64,000 bases of DNA from Fimicolochytrium jonesii (GCF_025526975.1 NW_026515670.1:1550001-1614000), one strand, 5' to 3'. Positions 40,001 to 53,412 are shown, counted from the stretch's first letter. A program made the numbers and translations. Notes: generated from the letters alone by a model not told the origin.

Positions 40001-41120
40001 AAAATCGGCCCACGCGACGGTTTGCAAAACGAAAAGACCATCTTCCCATCGTCCGCCAACATCGAATCTATCAACAAACTCTCCTCCACCGGCCGCCCCG
40101 TCCTCGAATCAACCTCCTTCGTATCTCCGAAATGAGTACCTCAAATGGGAGACGCGACCGCTGTTCTGGAGGGAATCAAACAGAGGGAGGGTGTGTGGTA
40201 TCCCGCACTGACGCCAAATTTGAAGGGATTAGAGGGTGCGATTGCGTCTGGGGTGAAAGAAGTCGCCATCTTTGGAGCTGCCAGTGAAAGCTTTCGTGGG
40301 AAGAATATCAACTGCTCAATTGAGGAGAGTTTGAAGCGGTTTGAGGATGTTGTTGCTAAAGTAAAGGAAAATGGAATCAAGATCAGGGGGTGGGTCACTG
40401 ACTGTGTTGTTTCCTAACTTGCTCACTGATCGCGCTACCCACAGGTACGTGTTGGCTGTAGTAGGCTGCCCCTACGAAGGCCCCATCGCTCCCACAAAGT
40501 CGCACAGGTATCCCGCCGCATGTACGACATGGGCTGCTACGAAATATCCCTCGGCGACACGATCGGAGTCGGCACCCCTGGCAAGTGCAGCACCATGCTA
40601 GAGCACCTGAAGCAGGTCATCCCCATTGAGAGTCTGGCGGTGCATTGTCATGATACATATGGGCAAGCGTTGGCGAATATCCTGGTTTCTTTGCAAGTAG
40701 GGGATCTCGGGAATCGCGTTGGGATTGAAGATGGGTGGGACTCACCATGCAATCTTTGTTTGATTGCAGCATGGAGTACATACGCGTAGTGGATAGTTCT
40801 GTCGTGGGTCTAGGTACGTTTCTCATTCCTGCATCATACCCCCTCAACCCCTGTCACTATTACTAAACACTCACATCTCCTCCCCTATCTCACAGGTGGC
40901 TGCCCCTATGCCCACTGCGCAACCGGCAACGTCGCCACAGAAGACGTCCTACATGCTCCACGGCCTCGGCTACACCACGGGCGTTGACCTACCCGGCGTC
41001 GTCTCGGTTGGGAACTGGATTTCTGAACAGTTGGGCAGGAAGAATGCTTCCCGCGTTGCGGCTGCTATGACGCGTCCTGCGAGTAGGGAGAACGCGGAGG
41101 AGGCGGCGGCCAAGTTGTGA
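40001..41120 (+). pseudogene. HMGCL: Hydroxymethylglutaryl-CoA lyase pseudogene
   Basis: GPRDGLQNE, TSFVSPK*VPQM (TGA for Trp), [35 protein letters not shown]. Frameshifts at about 40493 and 40950, and the N-terminus is not recognisable. Confidence 0.85.
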
Positions 41121-41558
41121 GGCCTTGCAGGGTTGTGTGTGTGTGTTGTTTACATCTGATTTTGCGTCGCTTGCTTGATACTCTCCGCTTACCGCACGTA
41201 GATAGTGTGAAATAGATAGATACCACAGAGATGCGGGGTTTGGGTCAGGAAGTTAGGATAGGGGGTGAGACATTTGAGGCTGGTTGGTATGGGCATTGAT
41301 ACTGCTACTGCTGATATTTTAACACGGCTTCCGCAATGGTCGGGTACCTAGATCCGATAGGATGTCCCATTTTGTTAGTTTTCTGCGAATCACACAACAT
41401 TAGCTTCAGCCCCTTTCATCCCATCCACAACCCCCTCCTGCCCGCCAAATGATATATATGCTCATCATCCCGTTGAATATACAATCTTTTATTTGTCAAG
41501 AATCACAGTTCAAAGAAGAGGGGTGCAAGGCGATCGGCGGATGTCAACAGCAAAATCA

Positions 41559-44500
41559 TTATTTTGCTGGGGTGTCAGATTCATCCTCGACATACTAGGG
41601 GAAGGGCATCAAAAAGAACGTCAGTCACCAACCCAGCACGGATACTACATCTCTCTCAAAGGCAGATACTCACATCAGGATTCTTCTTCAAAATCACAAA
41701 CCCCTCCAACACACTCGCCAGCGGCAAGTATTCCTCCGTCGCCAACTCCGCTCGCTCCGTATACGCAAGCAACACCGGCGTCGAGTGAGTCTGGAAGCCC
41801 GTGATCGTCTTTGGTCGCCCGGCTTGGCCTACGACGTCTACCGCTTGGCCTACGCGTACCGTTACCGGGAGGGGTTTGAGGTTCTCGTCGAGTGTCATCA
41901 GCAGGCGCGGGTACATGGAGATCACGAGATGGTAGAGGAGGTAGTGCGCTTTGCCAAAGATTACTGAAGGAATTATCAAGGTGGCTTGAGTCAAGCTGTC
42001 ATACATCGGTCAATACCGCTGACTGTCAAACTTACAGTTCTTGGCATCCGTGAAAGCAACGAGGTTGACCAACAATCCGGCAACCGCAACAGGAGACAAG
42101 AGCGTGCGGTTGGAGTGGAAAGGGTTCAAAGTCAACGTCCCTTTACCCAAGTGAACCAGACCCTGGAAATAGAAAGAGATCTTAAATGAAGTGATCCAAC
42201 CCTCCAAAACTACGCTTTTGCATCCCCAACATACCTGCGCAATCCGTACAACAAAAAGATGATTCGGCTCCTTATGATAATACGCCGCCAACTGCCTCAA
42301 CATCTGCGCCAACCGCGCATTGTTCGTGCCCGCGCCCACAAGGCCCATCGCGAAAATGGCATTGATCGACACATCGTGATCGTTGTCGTGCGAGTACTTG
42401 CTCAGCACATCCAGGACGTGCACGACCGGGTTAGACGCGCAGAGGAGGCCGAGGGCTAGGGGGACTGCGCGTCGGATCACGGGTTCGCCGTAGTGCATCT
42501 GTTCGCGGAGATGATGGCTTCTTGAGCATTTTGCTGGTTAGTGCACTGCTTGATTTCGAACAACTCACCAGGTGGTTGAAAGACCTCAAAGCCATCTCGG
42601 TACCAATATCCTCTCCCATTGCAATCAACGCGATGCCAATGACGGCAAATGCCTGGAAACGGTCGTTCTCCTTGTCGGCGTCGATGTGGTCGTTGCAATA
42701 GTGCAACATCCGTTGGATGCTCAAGACGTTGCCGGTTCCTGCAATTCCACGATTTAGCATGTACTTTTGTGGCAACCCTGCTAATGGCGTACGAACCTGC
42801 GTAGGCACACGTATCGACGAGGACACGAATCGTCTTCGCTAGGGAGTTGTCCATCACTTCGAGAGCCGCAAGGGTGGCTTCAGCGCCGGATTGCTTGCCT
42901 ACAGATGTTAACGAAAAGTAAGTCTTTCACCAGAACATCACAACACATGAACCACCCCGCCTCCAACCATACCCATATGCATAAGCGCCACACCAAGCCC
43001 CATGAAAATCGCATAAGGATCCTTGAGATCCGCGCCCTCCCGATCCATCATAAGCGTATGAATCGCCGCACTAATAACCTCCCCATTCTCCTGCCCCACA
43101 AAAATGAGTCCAAGGGACAGACACGCCAGCGAGGAAATCTCCATCGAGAGCTTGTAGTCGCCCACCAAGGGGGTCAGGAGCTCGGCAACGTCTTCGCGGC
43201 CGGTACCGGCGTAAGCGATACCCAGCGCGACAATGGCGGCGATCCGCAGGCCGAGGGTTTTGCTGTCTACGTAGTCGGAGAGCAGCGCCAGGGCTGGGTC
43301 GGATTCGTTGCGGACGCCGGCGTTGACTAGTCCGATGGCGAGCAAGGCGCCGGCTTTGATGTGGTCTTCTTGGGAGTACAAGTATTTATCGATGTGGGTG
43401 AGACCCTCCTCGACGTTCCACAGCAAAATAACACCCAACGAGGCTGCGGCGCTCATCATGCCGTGCTCCTTGTTCTTGTAGATCCAGCTCCCGTCTTCCG
43501 AGGGTGTCATGAGTTTATCCTCCTTGAACCCGGCGTTCACAAAGGCATTTACGAATGTCGACGCCAGATTCTGTTTCGCCGAATCGACCTGAGTGCTACC
43601 CAATCCACCGCGAACGTTCTCTAAATGGCTTTTGTATATATCCTCTGGTGTTTTCGCTTCCAATACGTCGAGGTCCCGCGCGAGGTCGCGGAAGTGCTCA
43701 GAGAGCTTGGATTGATTCAGGATTTCCTGTACTTCCTCGTCCTCCGTTGGCACCGATATGCCTTGCCTCGCCAGCAGGAAAGCCAACTGTTTCTTCAAGA
43801 GCCTAATTGTTATTGCGTGAGACGCCAGCGATATAGATGGTAAGTAGATCCGAGAATCACTCACAGATCAGGGCAGTCGTTAAAGTCTGCTTCTATCATT
43901 TCCTGATCCTGTAACCGCATAGACACCTGCAACGCTTGCGTGAATTGCGCTTGCTTCCGGTAAATGGTGTGTGCGGTTTTCATGCATGCAACGTCGTCCG
44001 GAGGTGCAACATATTGTACACAGCTGTAAGTTTGTATTAATAAGAATGGCCGCCTTGGGCAATGTGATATGGTGACCCACCTCAGAAGGTATAAGCAGAC
44101 ACGAGAAAACGTGTCCTTGTCGACAAAAGGTGGCAGCTGTTCCAACGCCTCAATCTCGAGCATCAGATCGACCGCATCTGCCTCCGCATTGTGCTTGAGA
44201 AGGAAAGGGACAATGTCCAACGCTTCTTTCGTAACCACATCTGAATCAGAAGCTACAGTGTATGCTTCCTCTCCTTCTTGGGGAGCATCGTTCAGCGCGC
44301 CGTACTCATCGATCAGCTCCAGAGCCAAGTGCCTGTTGACATGGAAGTTGAATGTCGGTGGTTGTATTTTTCTCGATGATCGTTTCCTACGCACGTACCT
44401 GACGTATTCATGTCCCCAGAGACCAGCAGACTCCCTGGTGCCCAGAAGCCTGTACTTTAGACTATCCCTCTTTCCCTCCTCCGCAAACGACATTGACAAA

Positions 44501-45244
44501 ACGGAAAGGATGTCTGCCAAAAAATTCTGAGACGAGAGAGTTAGAAGAGGCGAGAAATGGAAACACGCCAGGTCATAGATCCTACCTTGTTGGCACCAGC
44601 TGGCCAGCTCTCATGTACGGTGATCAACCCTGAATAGTGTGGTCTCAGGAACTTCAACGGCTTGGGCACCGCGGTCATGGAAGATGTTGATGTACGGATG
44701 AGAGTCCGCAGCGTCTCCAAAGCGGGCTTGTAAAGAGTTTTGTCCGATTCCGTCAGACGCTCAACGAGCATCTCCAACTCTTCCTTTAGTTGCTTATCCT
44801 CATCGGACTGAAAGAAGAGAAAGGCATCGTAAGCAAGAATGTTGCGATGGATCACGCGCGGTCCGTGAGAGTGGATACGCGCATCCATTTCGCAACGAAT
44901 CGGGCTCGCTCTCGTTCGCGATCTTCGTTCGCGATCCTCAAGCATTGAATTCTTTCCGCTGAATTACGGGCACCGATGTGCCCGAGCTCGTTTTTCGCCT
45001 GCATGCCAAAGAAGTGCGACGTCCCTTGTAGACCCTCGGCGTCGCTCGCCTCCCTTCACTCAGTTCCAAGATCACCGAATCATTACCACTCTCAAGTACT
45101 TACGAGTTCCTCTTCCTCTTCCAACTTTTTCTTTTCCTCCTCGGTGAGGGGCTTCCCTTTAGCGTCCTTGAGGTCCTTAACAGCATCCTTCTTCTGTTCG
45201 CCAGCTTCTTCTGGTTTCGCAGTTTTAGTTGTGTCGGGAGCCAT
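41559..45244 (-). CDS. RPN1: 26S proteasome regulatory subunit RPN1/PSMD2
   Basis: [80 protein letters not shown]. Confidence 0.97.
44808..45103 (-). repeat. Intronic hairpin-repeat family copy, diverged (RPN1 intron 1)
   Basis: AATGCTTGAGGATCGCGAACG...GAGAGCGAGCCC on the sense strand. Confidence 0.6.
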
Positions 45245-46233
45245 CTTGGCAGGCGCGTTTGTGGAGTGTGTAGGTGGTTGTGAGTAGAGAGAGTGAGCGG
45301 TGGATGAGGATTGGTGAAGTGGCTTGACGACTGCTATGCTCTGTGAGCAAGAGTGATCTCTGTGCTGAGAGCGGGACGTGGGGGTGGTTGTGCTTGGTAC
45401 AACGAGCGTGGGAAACCTCTAACAATCCTCCCGGACGAGAAGCAAGAACGAGGCGAAGACAAGCGCGAGCGACATAGACAAGTCACTAACTAGCAAGTAG
45501 ACAAGTCATCCAAAACGCCCTTATGTAATCTGAAAACTCGCAGCTCAAAAAGAACACTCCAAGCCCTAACCCTCGGCGAAAACCTCGCAGACAACGGCGG
45601 CCTCCGGCGCCTACGAAGCCTGGAAAGCCGACCTCCACTCACTCGGCGGCCATAAACGGAACCCCATGCTGCCCGGTTTTGGCCGCCATGTGACAAGGGA
45701 GCAGTTATTCTACGTCGCTTTTGCTCAGGTAAACAAAGAATCAGTCCCCTTACATCACTCCTTCTCTTCCGACTAAATATGTGGGATTCTGATGTTTTCA
45801 TTACGTATGGTGCTCAAACCGAACCCCAACAAACGCCTTCCGCCGCATCCTCACCGACCCGCCCTCGCCCACCAAGTACCGTGTCATTGGCGCCGTTGTC
45901 AATTGAGGCGTGGGGGTGTAAGAAGGGAAGCGGGATGAATCCGGGGAAGGGAGGGAGGTGTGAGATTTGGTAGTGGGGCGGTGACGGTGAGGGTCTTTTT
46001 TCAGGAGCCACCACCTATGTACATCTGCAGATCACACCACGGAGCTCTTGGATGATCAGTCCAAATCGCCCATCACGTCGGTACTCGTGAACGCATTCAC
46101 TTATGCGGGTGTTCTGAACCTCTTGGGACATATACGTATTGTTTTGCAAGTAGCTCATTGCAATCCGATCACAGTTTCGACTTATCCTCGCTCAGATCAT
46201 TCATGGTTTTTCGCCAACCGTGCACTTTCGCGC

Positions 46234-47442
46234 TTAGGGCCAACCTCCTCCTTTGGGCGTAGCTCTCTTGCGCTTATTTGAAGCGGGAAATGGGACATCT
46301 CCATGTACTAGGAGAAAGTCGTCCAATGCAGCGCAGTCTTTAACTCGCTCATGTGTTTCCCATGTGGTGTCTTCTGGTGGATAGCCGACCCACTGGACCA
46401 AGTATTGTGGCTTTGCATGGACCATCTTACGCCCAATAATCTTATCGGGGAAGTATTCCTCTACGCCATTAACCCCAACCGGTGCAGGATTCGAATCCTC
46501 TGTTGTTTCAATGCGTAGCGGATCTGAAGCTGGATCCAACCATGGCTTCGCAAGCTTGGGACAATCCTTTCGCTGATGTCCCTCCTGCTTACAATGAAAG
46601 CATTTACCGGCATCGGCGTAAGGTTTATGGTTACGATTAGCCGCAGGTTTGCCCTGGCGGCCCGGTTTGTAGCGCGGAGCCTTTCCGCCACCACTACCAC
46701 CAGACGCACGTTGAGCTGTAGCGGTATCTGTACCCGCTTTCTTCGATGCTGTAGTCAATTTGCGTAACAGCATCAACGTGTTCTGAGCAACGTTACAAGG
46801 ATACCATCTCTCCTTGAACCGCTGTTCAAAAGTATCCTTAGTGCGCACGTTGGCACAATTGGTCGTAAACCAATGCTTCGCAGCGCCATCGAGGTATCGC
46901 TCGACGGTAACCAGGTATCTCTTATCGTCGAGAGGTCCCAAGTTATAATGGTAGTCGTGATGATTCTTCAAGAACGTATCGACGGCCGTGGCGTCCTGCA
47001 TGCCCCTGAAGTGATCATCCTGAATCAGCTTCGAAAGAATATGTTCTTCAGCACGAGTGCTGTGATCGTCCATGGGCACCGGGGCCGGAGCCCTTGGGTC
47101 CCATGCCGACGCTCGAATAGCCGCCTCTCGTACAGTGCGCTCAGTACGAAGAGCATCTGCGACCGCTTCCCGGATATAAGCATTCAACTCCGCTGCCGTC
47201 ATTTGCAGCATCGGCGGAGGAGGCGGAGGAGGCCGCGGTGGACGGGCATCCATCCGCGCCCATCGCTCACGCGCGACACCAGGGGTCTCAAAGTTCATGG
47301 GGACAGCTTCGGAAGCTCGAACCTCCAAAGGCTCGCTTCGCACGGTTGCGGGTATGACATTCCTGGTCACAGAGACCTCGGGAACTGTTTCCGCACCGGT
47401 GCTGGTCTCCCCAGTCGCTCCAGTACCCGATTCAGAGCTCAT
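46234..47442 (-). mobile_element. Retrotransposon-derived ORF (402 aa): partial Gag + CCHC knuckle + chromodomain, no PR/RT/IN
   Basis: YLDGAAKHWF...FEQRFKERW, CFHCKQEGHQRKDC, YFPDKIIGRK...YLVQWVGYPPEDTTWE, and PPT-like AAAGGAGGAGG at the ORF end. No LTR pair recognised. Confidence 0.8.
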
Positions 47443-48380
47443 AATGACCTATGTACAACGAGTTTGGGGCGTATGCCTAGGCACGAACACGCCCACGGGG
47501 ATGAATTCCCTTAGAATTTTGCTTGCAAAAACCGTTGACAACTAGCCAGCGCTTTTCGGCTCCGTTGACCCTATAAAGGAACGGAGGCCACAGTTCTGTG
47601 AAGAACTAGACGGAGAACAATCTCGGCGATTGATCGGTTCAATATCTCAAAAATTGAGATACGTTTCCTAATAGCCCGTTTTCACTTAAACAGCACTATT
47701 GTCCGAATGCGGCGAGCGTATATCCCGGCTTGCCGTGATCAAAAAGCTTTGAAACGTGCTGCGTAATTGTAGGTAATTCTCAGGATGGAGAAGAACCTTG
47801 ACGGTTGTTTCGATCAGAACTGCGATAGTTTTGCAAAGGGGGTACGTTATTGGCGACGAAAAAACCTGAAATTCGATATTTCCGTAGCGGTAGATCGAAT
47901 CCTTCTGAAACTTTCATAAGCCGTGTAGCTTAGTGTTGTCTACCAGCGTTTCGATTTTGACGAAGATCGAATCACAGGCGTAAATTTCCGCTTCGAAAAC
48001 GTTCTGATAAGTGGCTAATAGTAAAAGCGTGTTTTTGCCGATAACGTGTCGACCGTTGAACGAATACTTTCAAGAGTTGGTACACTGAAAGAGTTCGGTA
48101 TGGATGGCAAACAGTGAGTTACGGAGGTCTGTTTAACCATCCAGTGTCAAGGGGGTGACTTATTCGACGTACCGGTCGTCCTATTAGGTGGATAACCTGA
48201 TAACCTATATGTGGGCGCTTTTCGGCTATAGCGCACTACTGGCTTCAGGAGTAGCTGTGGACGTCGTCCCAGATGTCCTGAACGCTATATGAATCGTCTA
48301 GAAGCTCTGGTTCGATGTTCTGTGATGATTGCTCCGTCCGCTCAAAGTTCGAGATGCTGAAGTTGCGACGTCGTAACGTT

Positions 48381-48616
48381 CTTCCCCATTGGCCCATGGG
48401 AAGCGTACCGCCGACGCCACTCCTTCCCATCGGCCACGCTTCCCATTGGCCAATGGGAACCCTACGTGGCCTTCCCATTGGCCAGCTAACGCCGCCGGGA
48501 CCCGCCTAACGCTTCTTCCCATCACCCACGCTTCCCATTGGCCAATGGGAACCCTACGGAGCCATCCTATTGGCCAGCCTTCCCATTGGCCAGCCTTCCC
48601 ATTGCCTTCCCATTGC
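48381..48616. repeat. Cluster of CTTCCCATTGGCC motifs, including two 20-bp palindromes TTCCCATTGGCCAATGGGAA
   Basis: About 10 forward and 3 inverted copies, ending about 215 nt upstream of ATG 48831. Confidence 0.9.
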
Positions 48617-48830
48617 GCGTTTCTAAGTGAGCATTCTTCTGAGCACCTCCAACTCCTCCAAAGCTCAACTTGAAGCAAACAGCCGACAACCATCTTCCGT
48701 CTCTGTGACAAATGTGAGTTTGTGAAAGCAGTCAGTCCCACCATATATACATCCAGTACATACCACGACACAGGCTAGCCAATCGGTACAGCAATTGTGA
48801 CAGCCATCTTCTTGCCAGCTATCCTCGAAC

Positions 48831-50079
48831 ATGTCTGAGGAACGACGGCGCGTATACCTCTCACCGTCTCCACCGCCCCGAGATCGAGGCGGGCGAGGGC
48901 GATACAACGGCAGAGCCAGCAGAACCGACGAATACCCACATCCACGAGACAGAGACGACCGACGCTACCGCCCATATCCCGCACGTGGTCCACCGCCGGG
49001 CCCGTCGTACAGAGGTGAAGAGGACCCGAGAATAGCTTCGACGGGGCCGAGATCACACTACCGTCGCTCGCGGTCACCACCGCCGCATCGAGCCGAGGAA
49101 CGACCGGGATACCCTTATGAGAGAGAAAGAAGGCCGCCGGAGCGGGGAGAGCCGTGGACGGAGCGGAGGGAGCGGTCTGAGGTTCCGATACGGAGGGTTG
49201 CTCTGCCACACCACTCCTATTCTGAGCTGCGACCTTCTGCGGCACACCGCGAACCATCGTCGTATAGGGGCGTACCCCCACCGGAAACGCCAACGCAGCC
49301 TCCGCTGAGAGAACATCGTCCAGCACCACAATACCCACCCCACACGCCTCTACCGCGCGAAGCCGCTGCATACCCGCATCCTTCAGCCCCGCGGGAAACT
49401 CCTGTCCGGGCAGAATACACACCTCATCGAGATCCATATCCACCCCGTGGTGTCGAGACGCCTTATTCAGCTACCCGACCGCCGCCAGCAGCGGAACTAT
49501 ATCCATACCCACGGCGAGCATCGCCCCCACATCCAACACAACTTCATCAGCCTTATCCGCATCACAGACATCCGCAGCCTTCTCCACAATCGCATCCGCA
49601 GTTCGGAAGGTCACCGTATGAGCGCTATGCATCGGGCCACCCAGGCCACCCCGGCGCACATGGTCGACCATACCCACCCAAACATCCAGAAAATCGGCCG
49701 CCGCGGAAGATCATTGATCCGAATCGCCTGCAGGAGCCGCTCAGGATAGCGTGGTACTCCCAATTGGATAGAGATGTACGTCATATGATTTCCCCGCATT
49801 ATGGACTTCTATTAGGCGTGTCCTGACAATGTCTTTTCACACACACCCTAGGTTGAAAAACGTTCAGAAGAACTGAAGAGACTACGCACGGAAGCCGAAA
49901 AGCTGCGAACAGATTCCCGCCGCGTCGATTTCGAACTCACGATGGCGAACTGGGAGGTGTACAAGTGGGAAAATCAACATCAGATGTTGAACAAACAGTT
50001 GGAGGAGCATGAGGCGAGCTTGGCGTTGTTGCGGCAGACTGCTGGGCCGGAGATACCCCCGCCTATTAGCGGATTTTGA
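48831..50079 (+). CDS. Hypothetical Arg/Pro-rich protein with C-terminal coiled coil (intron 49776-49851)
   Basis: Long open frame. Splicing GTACGT...CTAG continues into VEKRSEELKRLRTEAEKLR...ANWEVYKWENQ. Confidence 0.75.
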
Positions 50080-50231
50080 ATGGATGAGTTGCCCTTCTCA
50101 CTTTCTTGTACGATATACGCCATGATAGTCATACAATAAACGATGAAACAATGTCAGGCCACAGATATGTATTTCCTTCATGAGGATACGCCAGTGTCAG
50201 ATTATATACATGTACGCCCTATGTTCAGTAT

Positions 50232-51080
50232 CTACAAGGCAAGTACACCAGCAGCCAAGGCAGCAACCACGGCTACGGAACCGGCGGCCAACATACGAGG
50301 CGCCCCGGAGGTGGAGCCAGCGGCGGGCGTCGAGCTTCCCGTTGCGGCGGCGGCACCCGTTGCGGTTCCGGTTGGCATGGACATGCCGGGCATCGACATG
50401 GTCATTCCAGGCATCGACATGGTCATGCTGCCGGGTGCCATGGTCATGGATGGGACGGATGTGGCGGAGCCTCCCACGGTAAGGTCGGCGCACTGTAATG
50501 ATGGGAAACAGAAATCAGCACGGTTTGCCCATGAAGGACACATTTTGAATGCGGTAAAAGACGCATCACCTGGAAGAAGATCTCGTCACTGTGGTACACC
50601 AGTTGGAGAGTAACGGCCTTTCCATCCGTCGTGTACTTGGACAGATCGACAGGGAAGGAGACGGAGCCGACCTTGGCTTTTGGGTAGGTGGACACGAGGG
50701 TGAAGTTGGTAGGGTTGTCGCCCAAGCCAATGTTGACGTTCACGTAGCCAGTGCCGTCGCCGTCCAAGATCATCATGGTGACATTTCCGCCGGCTGGGTG
50801 AGAAGAAAACATGACGGGATTCGATTAGCAAGTGTCTCGTGCATCGGCTTGTGGGCAGATAGCTGCCTAACATGACAGAATCGCTTTACGTTCACTTACT
50901 CAGAGGGAAGGACGACCTCGTAGCTTGCGTGGTGTTGAATCCTCCACAAGGGCCGATAGGCTCCAAGTCCTCAGTGAAACCACGACCGGCGGGGCTTGTG
51001 AGCGAGAAGTGGGCTGCCGCGGGGGCGGCAAGCAGCGTGGCGGCGAGCGCGGACACGGAGAGGAAGCTGGGCATGTGCAT
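50232..51080 (-). CDS. GPI-anchored BIM1/X325-like copper-binding protein
   Basis: Signal peptide ending AAA-H, HFSLTSPAGRGF...PCGG, FFQCAD across an intron, Met-rich stalk, hydrophobic C-terminus. TATA box at about 51208-51214. Confidence 0.8.
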
Positions 51081-51697
51081 GGCTGAGAGATGGCTTGTTT
51101 TTGGTATGAAAGTTGGGTGGGATGCCTGTGGTAGGTGCGTGCGACGATGTTAGTTGGGAAAAGTGCGAGTGAAGTGGGGTCGATGAGGGAATTTTGCGTA
51201 GCCGCGTTTTTATAGGCGCCGTTTTCGCCGACTCGCCCCCAGACTCGCCCGCCGCCCGCCACAGTGGCTTATTCTTTCCTTCCCGCATTCCACATCCCGC
51301 AATACGTTATAGCAATGGTTCCGTTGTTTCAGCACCTGTTGGGCGGTAACGATAATCAACAGTTGATGAAATGAACTCAGGAGCGGTCTGGAACAATCGA
51401 TGAGTTGGGGTTGGAACGTTCGATCGGGACCTGTTCGCCGCCTGGAAGTCTCACATAGCGCGTCATGTTCTGTCCTTGATCACGTGACAGCTGCGATTTC
51501 AATGTACCCCGTTTTCCATTGCCAACCACCCCATTTTTCGCGATCGAACTCGGGTCAGTTATGCCTCGGTAGGATTCAGCTCGTGTATATTCACATGCAA
51601 CGAATATGAAGCGTTACGCGGAGATGAAGCTATGTACAATGCGCCAAAACACAGTTTGCTTGCGCCGATAAAACACAAGCTGTTGATGTTGATATAA

Positions 51698-53412
51698 TCA
51701 AGTTGCGTGGCAGGCATGGTTGAAAAGGATATCTTTCATGAGCTGAGCCATCATGCCGTGTGCCGCCTCCACCGTGATATTCGAGCTGGAGTGATAAGCG
51801 CGGAGATCAGCGACCATCCAGAGAGCACCAATCAAAAACACCTGTTTGCGACATCCAATCACTTACCTATCCTTCGCAACCTTCGCTACCGCGGACTGCT
51901 CCCCCCTCTTTCTCTCCATAAACTGCCCTATCCGACTGCTCTGCCCCACAGCTGCCTCCGCCTGATCGATCTTCTCCGCCAAATCCAATACTCGTCGCGC
52001 GGTATACTCGCGGTTCATGATCAGCGGGCTGGAGGAGAGGGTGTTGACCCAGTACTTGTGCCAGAGCATCTCGAGGAGGCTGGAGTCAAGGGAGGATTTG
52101 AAGTAGGAGATTTCGAGTTGGTAGTACTGTTTGGCGTGGACGCCGAAATCTTCGATTTTGTTAAGGGGGATGGATTGGTATTCTGAGGGGGAGTCTTCGG
52201 CGCCTTTGTGACCCTAGTAGTATTGCACCCGGGTTAGTCAGGGTAAACCGTGAATGCGAGGCATAGATACAACATACCTCGGGGTACGTTCGGAAGGCGC
52301 CAATCTCAACCTTTCCAGCAGAAATGGTTCTGTTCGGGTCAATCTATGCAGTTGCAATGAGTACACGATGCAAAAGGTCTCCGATCCACAACAACCATTA
52401 ACATACCACAATAGCAACCCACGGTTCCTGATACCTCTGATTCAACATCTGCGTACTGACATCAATCCCCGACAACCAGCATCCATAACCAGGGTGGCTA
52501 TGATACCACCCAATAGCGTTCTCCATCCGTCCGACGTCTTTGCTCTTGTCGATGTAGTCCACCATGTACTCGTACCCTTCAGCAGCGGCGTTGACGCGAG
52601 TTTCAGTCCCTTCTACGGGTAGTGCGAATACGTCCATGATGATCATTGTGTCGTCGAGGACTTTGCCTTGCATGAGACCCATAATTTCGATGTTGCCGCC
52701 GGAGCGGGCGTGGGTTACCTAGTAAGTAGGAGAAGAGCGAAAGTGTTCAGCTACTACACTTTCGGGCGAAATAGTACGTTTCCTGGCACGATATCCCTTA
52801 CCATCTTGATCAGAGCGATAGCTGATATCTTGACTTTCTTAAAATGATTTGGGCTGGAAGTGATCCAAGGAGTGTCAGTGCCAGCCAGACGTAAAAGAAT
52901 CTTTCCCCCGACAAACAAGCCCGTTGCTTTCCCAACAACCAAAGCGCCACTCGCCAGCCGACTGTGCTCCCTCCTCGGTGCCGAATCCTCCCGAGACGAA
53001 ACCACCCGCGCTCTTCGGTTCACTGAAGCACTGCAGTACCGCTACTCCTCGCCGGTGACTAATGAATGCTCCTCCTATCACAACCGTGTCAACCTACCCA
53101 CCCTTACCCTCCACCATCTCCGTTAATCCCCTCCAATCCGTTCCATCCCCTCCCACTCCCACACCCCCTCCCTTCCCCGCTTAACACATACTTCTTCGCC
53201 CAAGGCGCCCCATCAGTCTGAACCTTCTGCGCCTCCTTATCATAACGAAATATGGCATCCTGTATCGAGTCGTCCGTCTTGATCTCGTTTTCCATCTCCC
53301 ACCGCTGGTTCCAGGAGAAATTTGCGGGATGAGAATCACTGAGCGAAGCGCCCGCAGCGCCGAGGAAGACGGAAAGCTGCTCTCTTACCTTACGGGCGAT
53401 GTCGGAGTCCAT
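51698..53412 (-). CDS. CSN5: COP9 signalosome subunit 5 (JAMM deneddylase)
   Basis: [68 protein letters not shown]. Confidence 0.97.

Noticed and set aside
40133..40135. TGA at a conserved Trp as evidence of an alternative genetic code or editing
   Set aside because: The same gene has frameshifts, and other genes use TGG for Trp and TGA as a normal stop.
47600..48200. AT-richer segment with GATCG/AAACTT-type motifs as a possible LTR of the Gag-chromo ORF
   Set aside because: No matching copy found downstream of the PPT, so boundaries cannot be supported.
48381..48616. CRISPR-like repeat-spacer appearance
   Set aside because: Repeats are about 13 bp, irregularly spaced and in both orientations. 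Eukaryotic context with no cas genes.
53341..53350. GAGCGAAGCG antisense in CSN5 intron 1 (and AGCGAAGCGA at ~36311, intergenic)
   Set aside because: Single isolated motifs without other modules. Not counted as family copies, but noted as exceptions to the strand and location bias.
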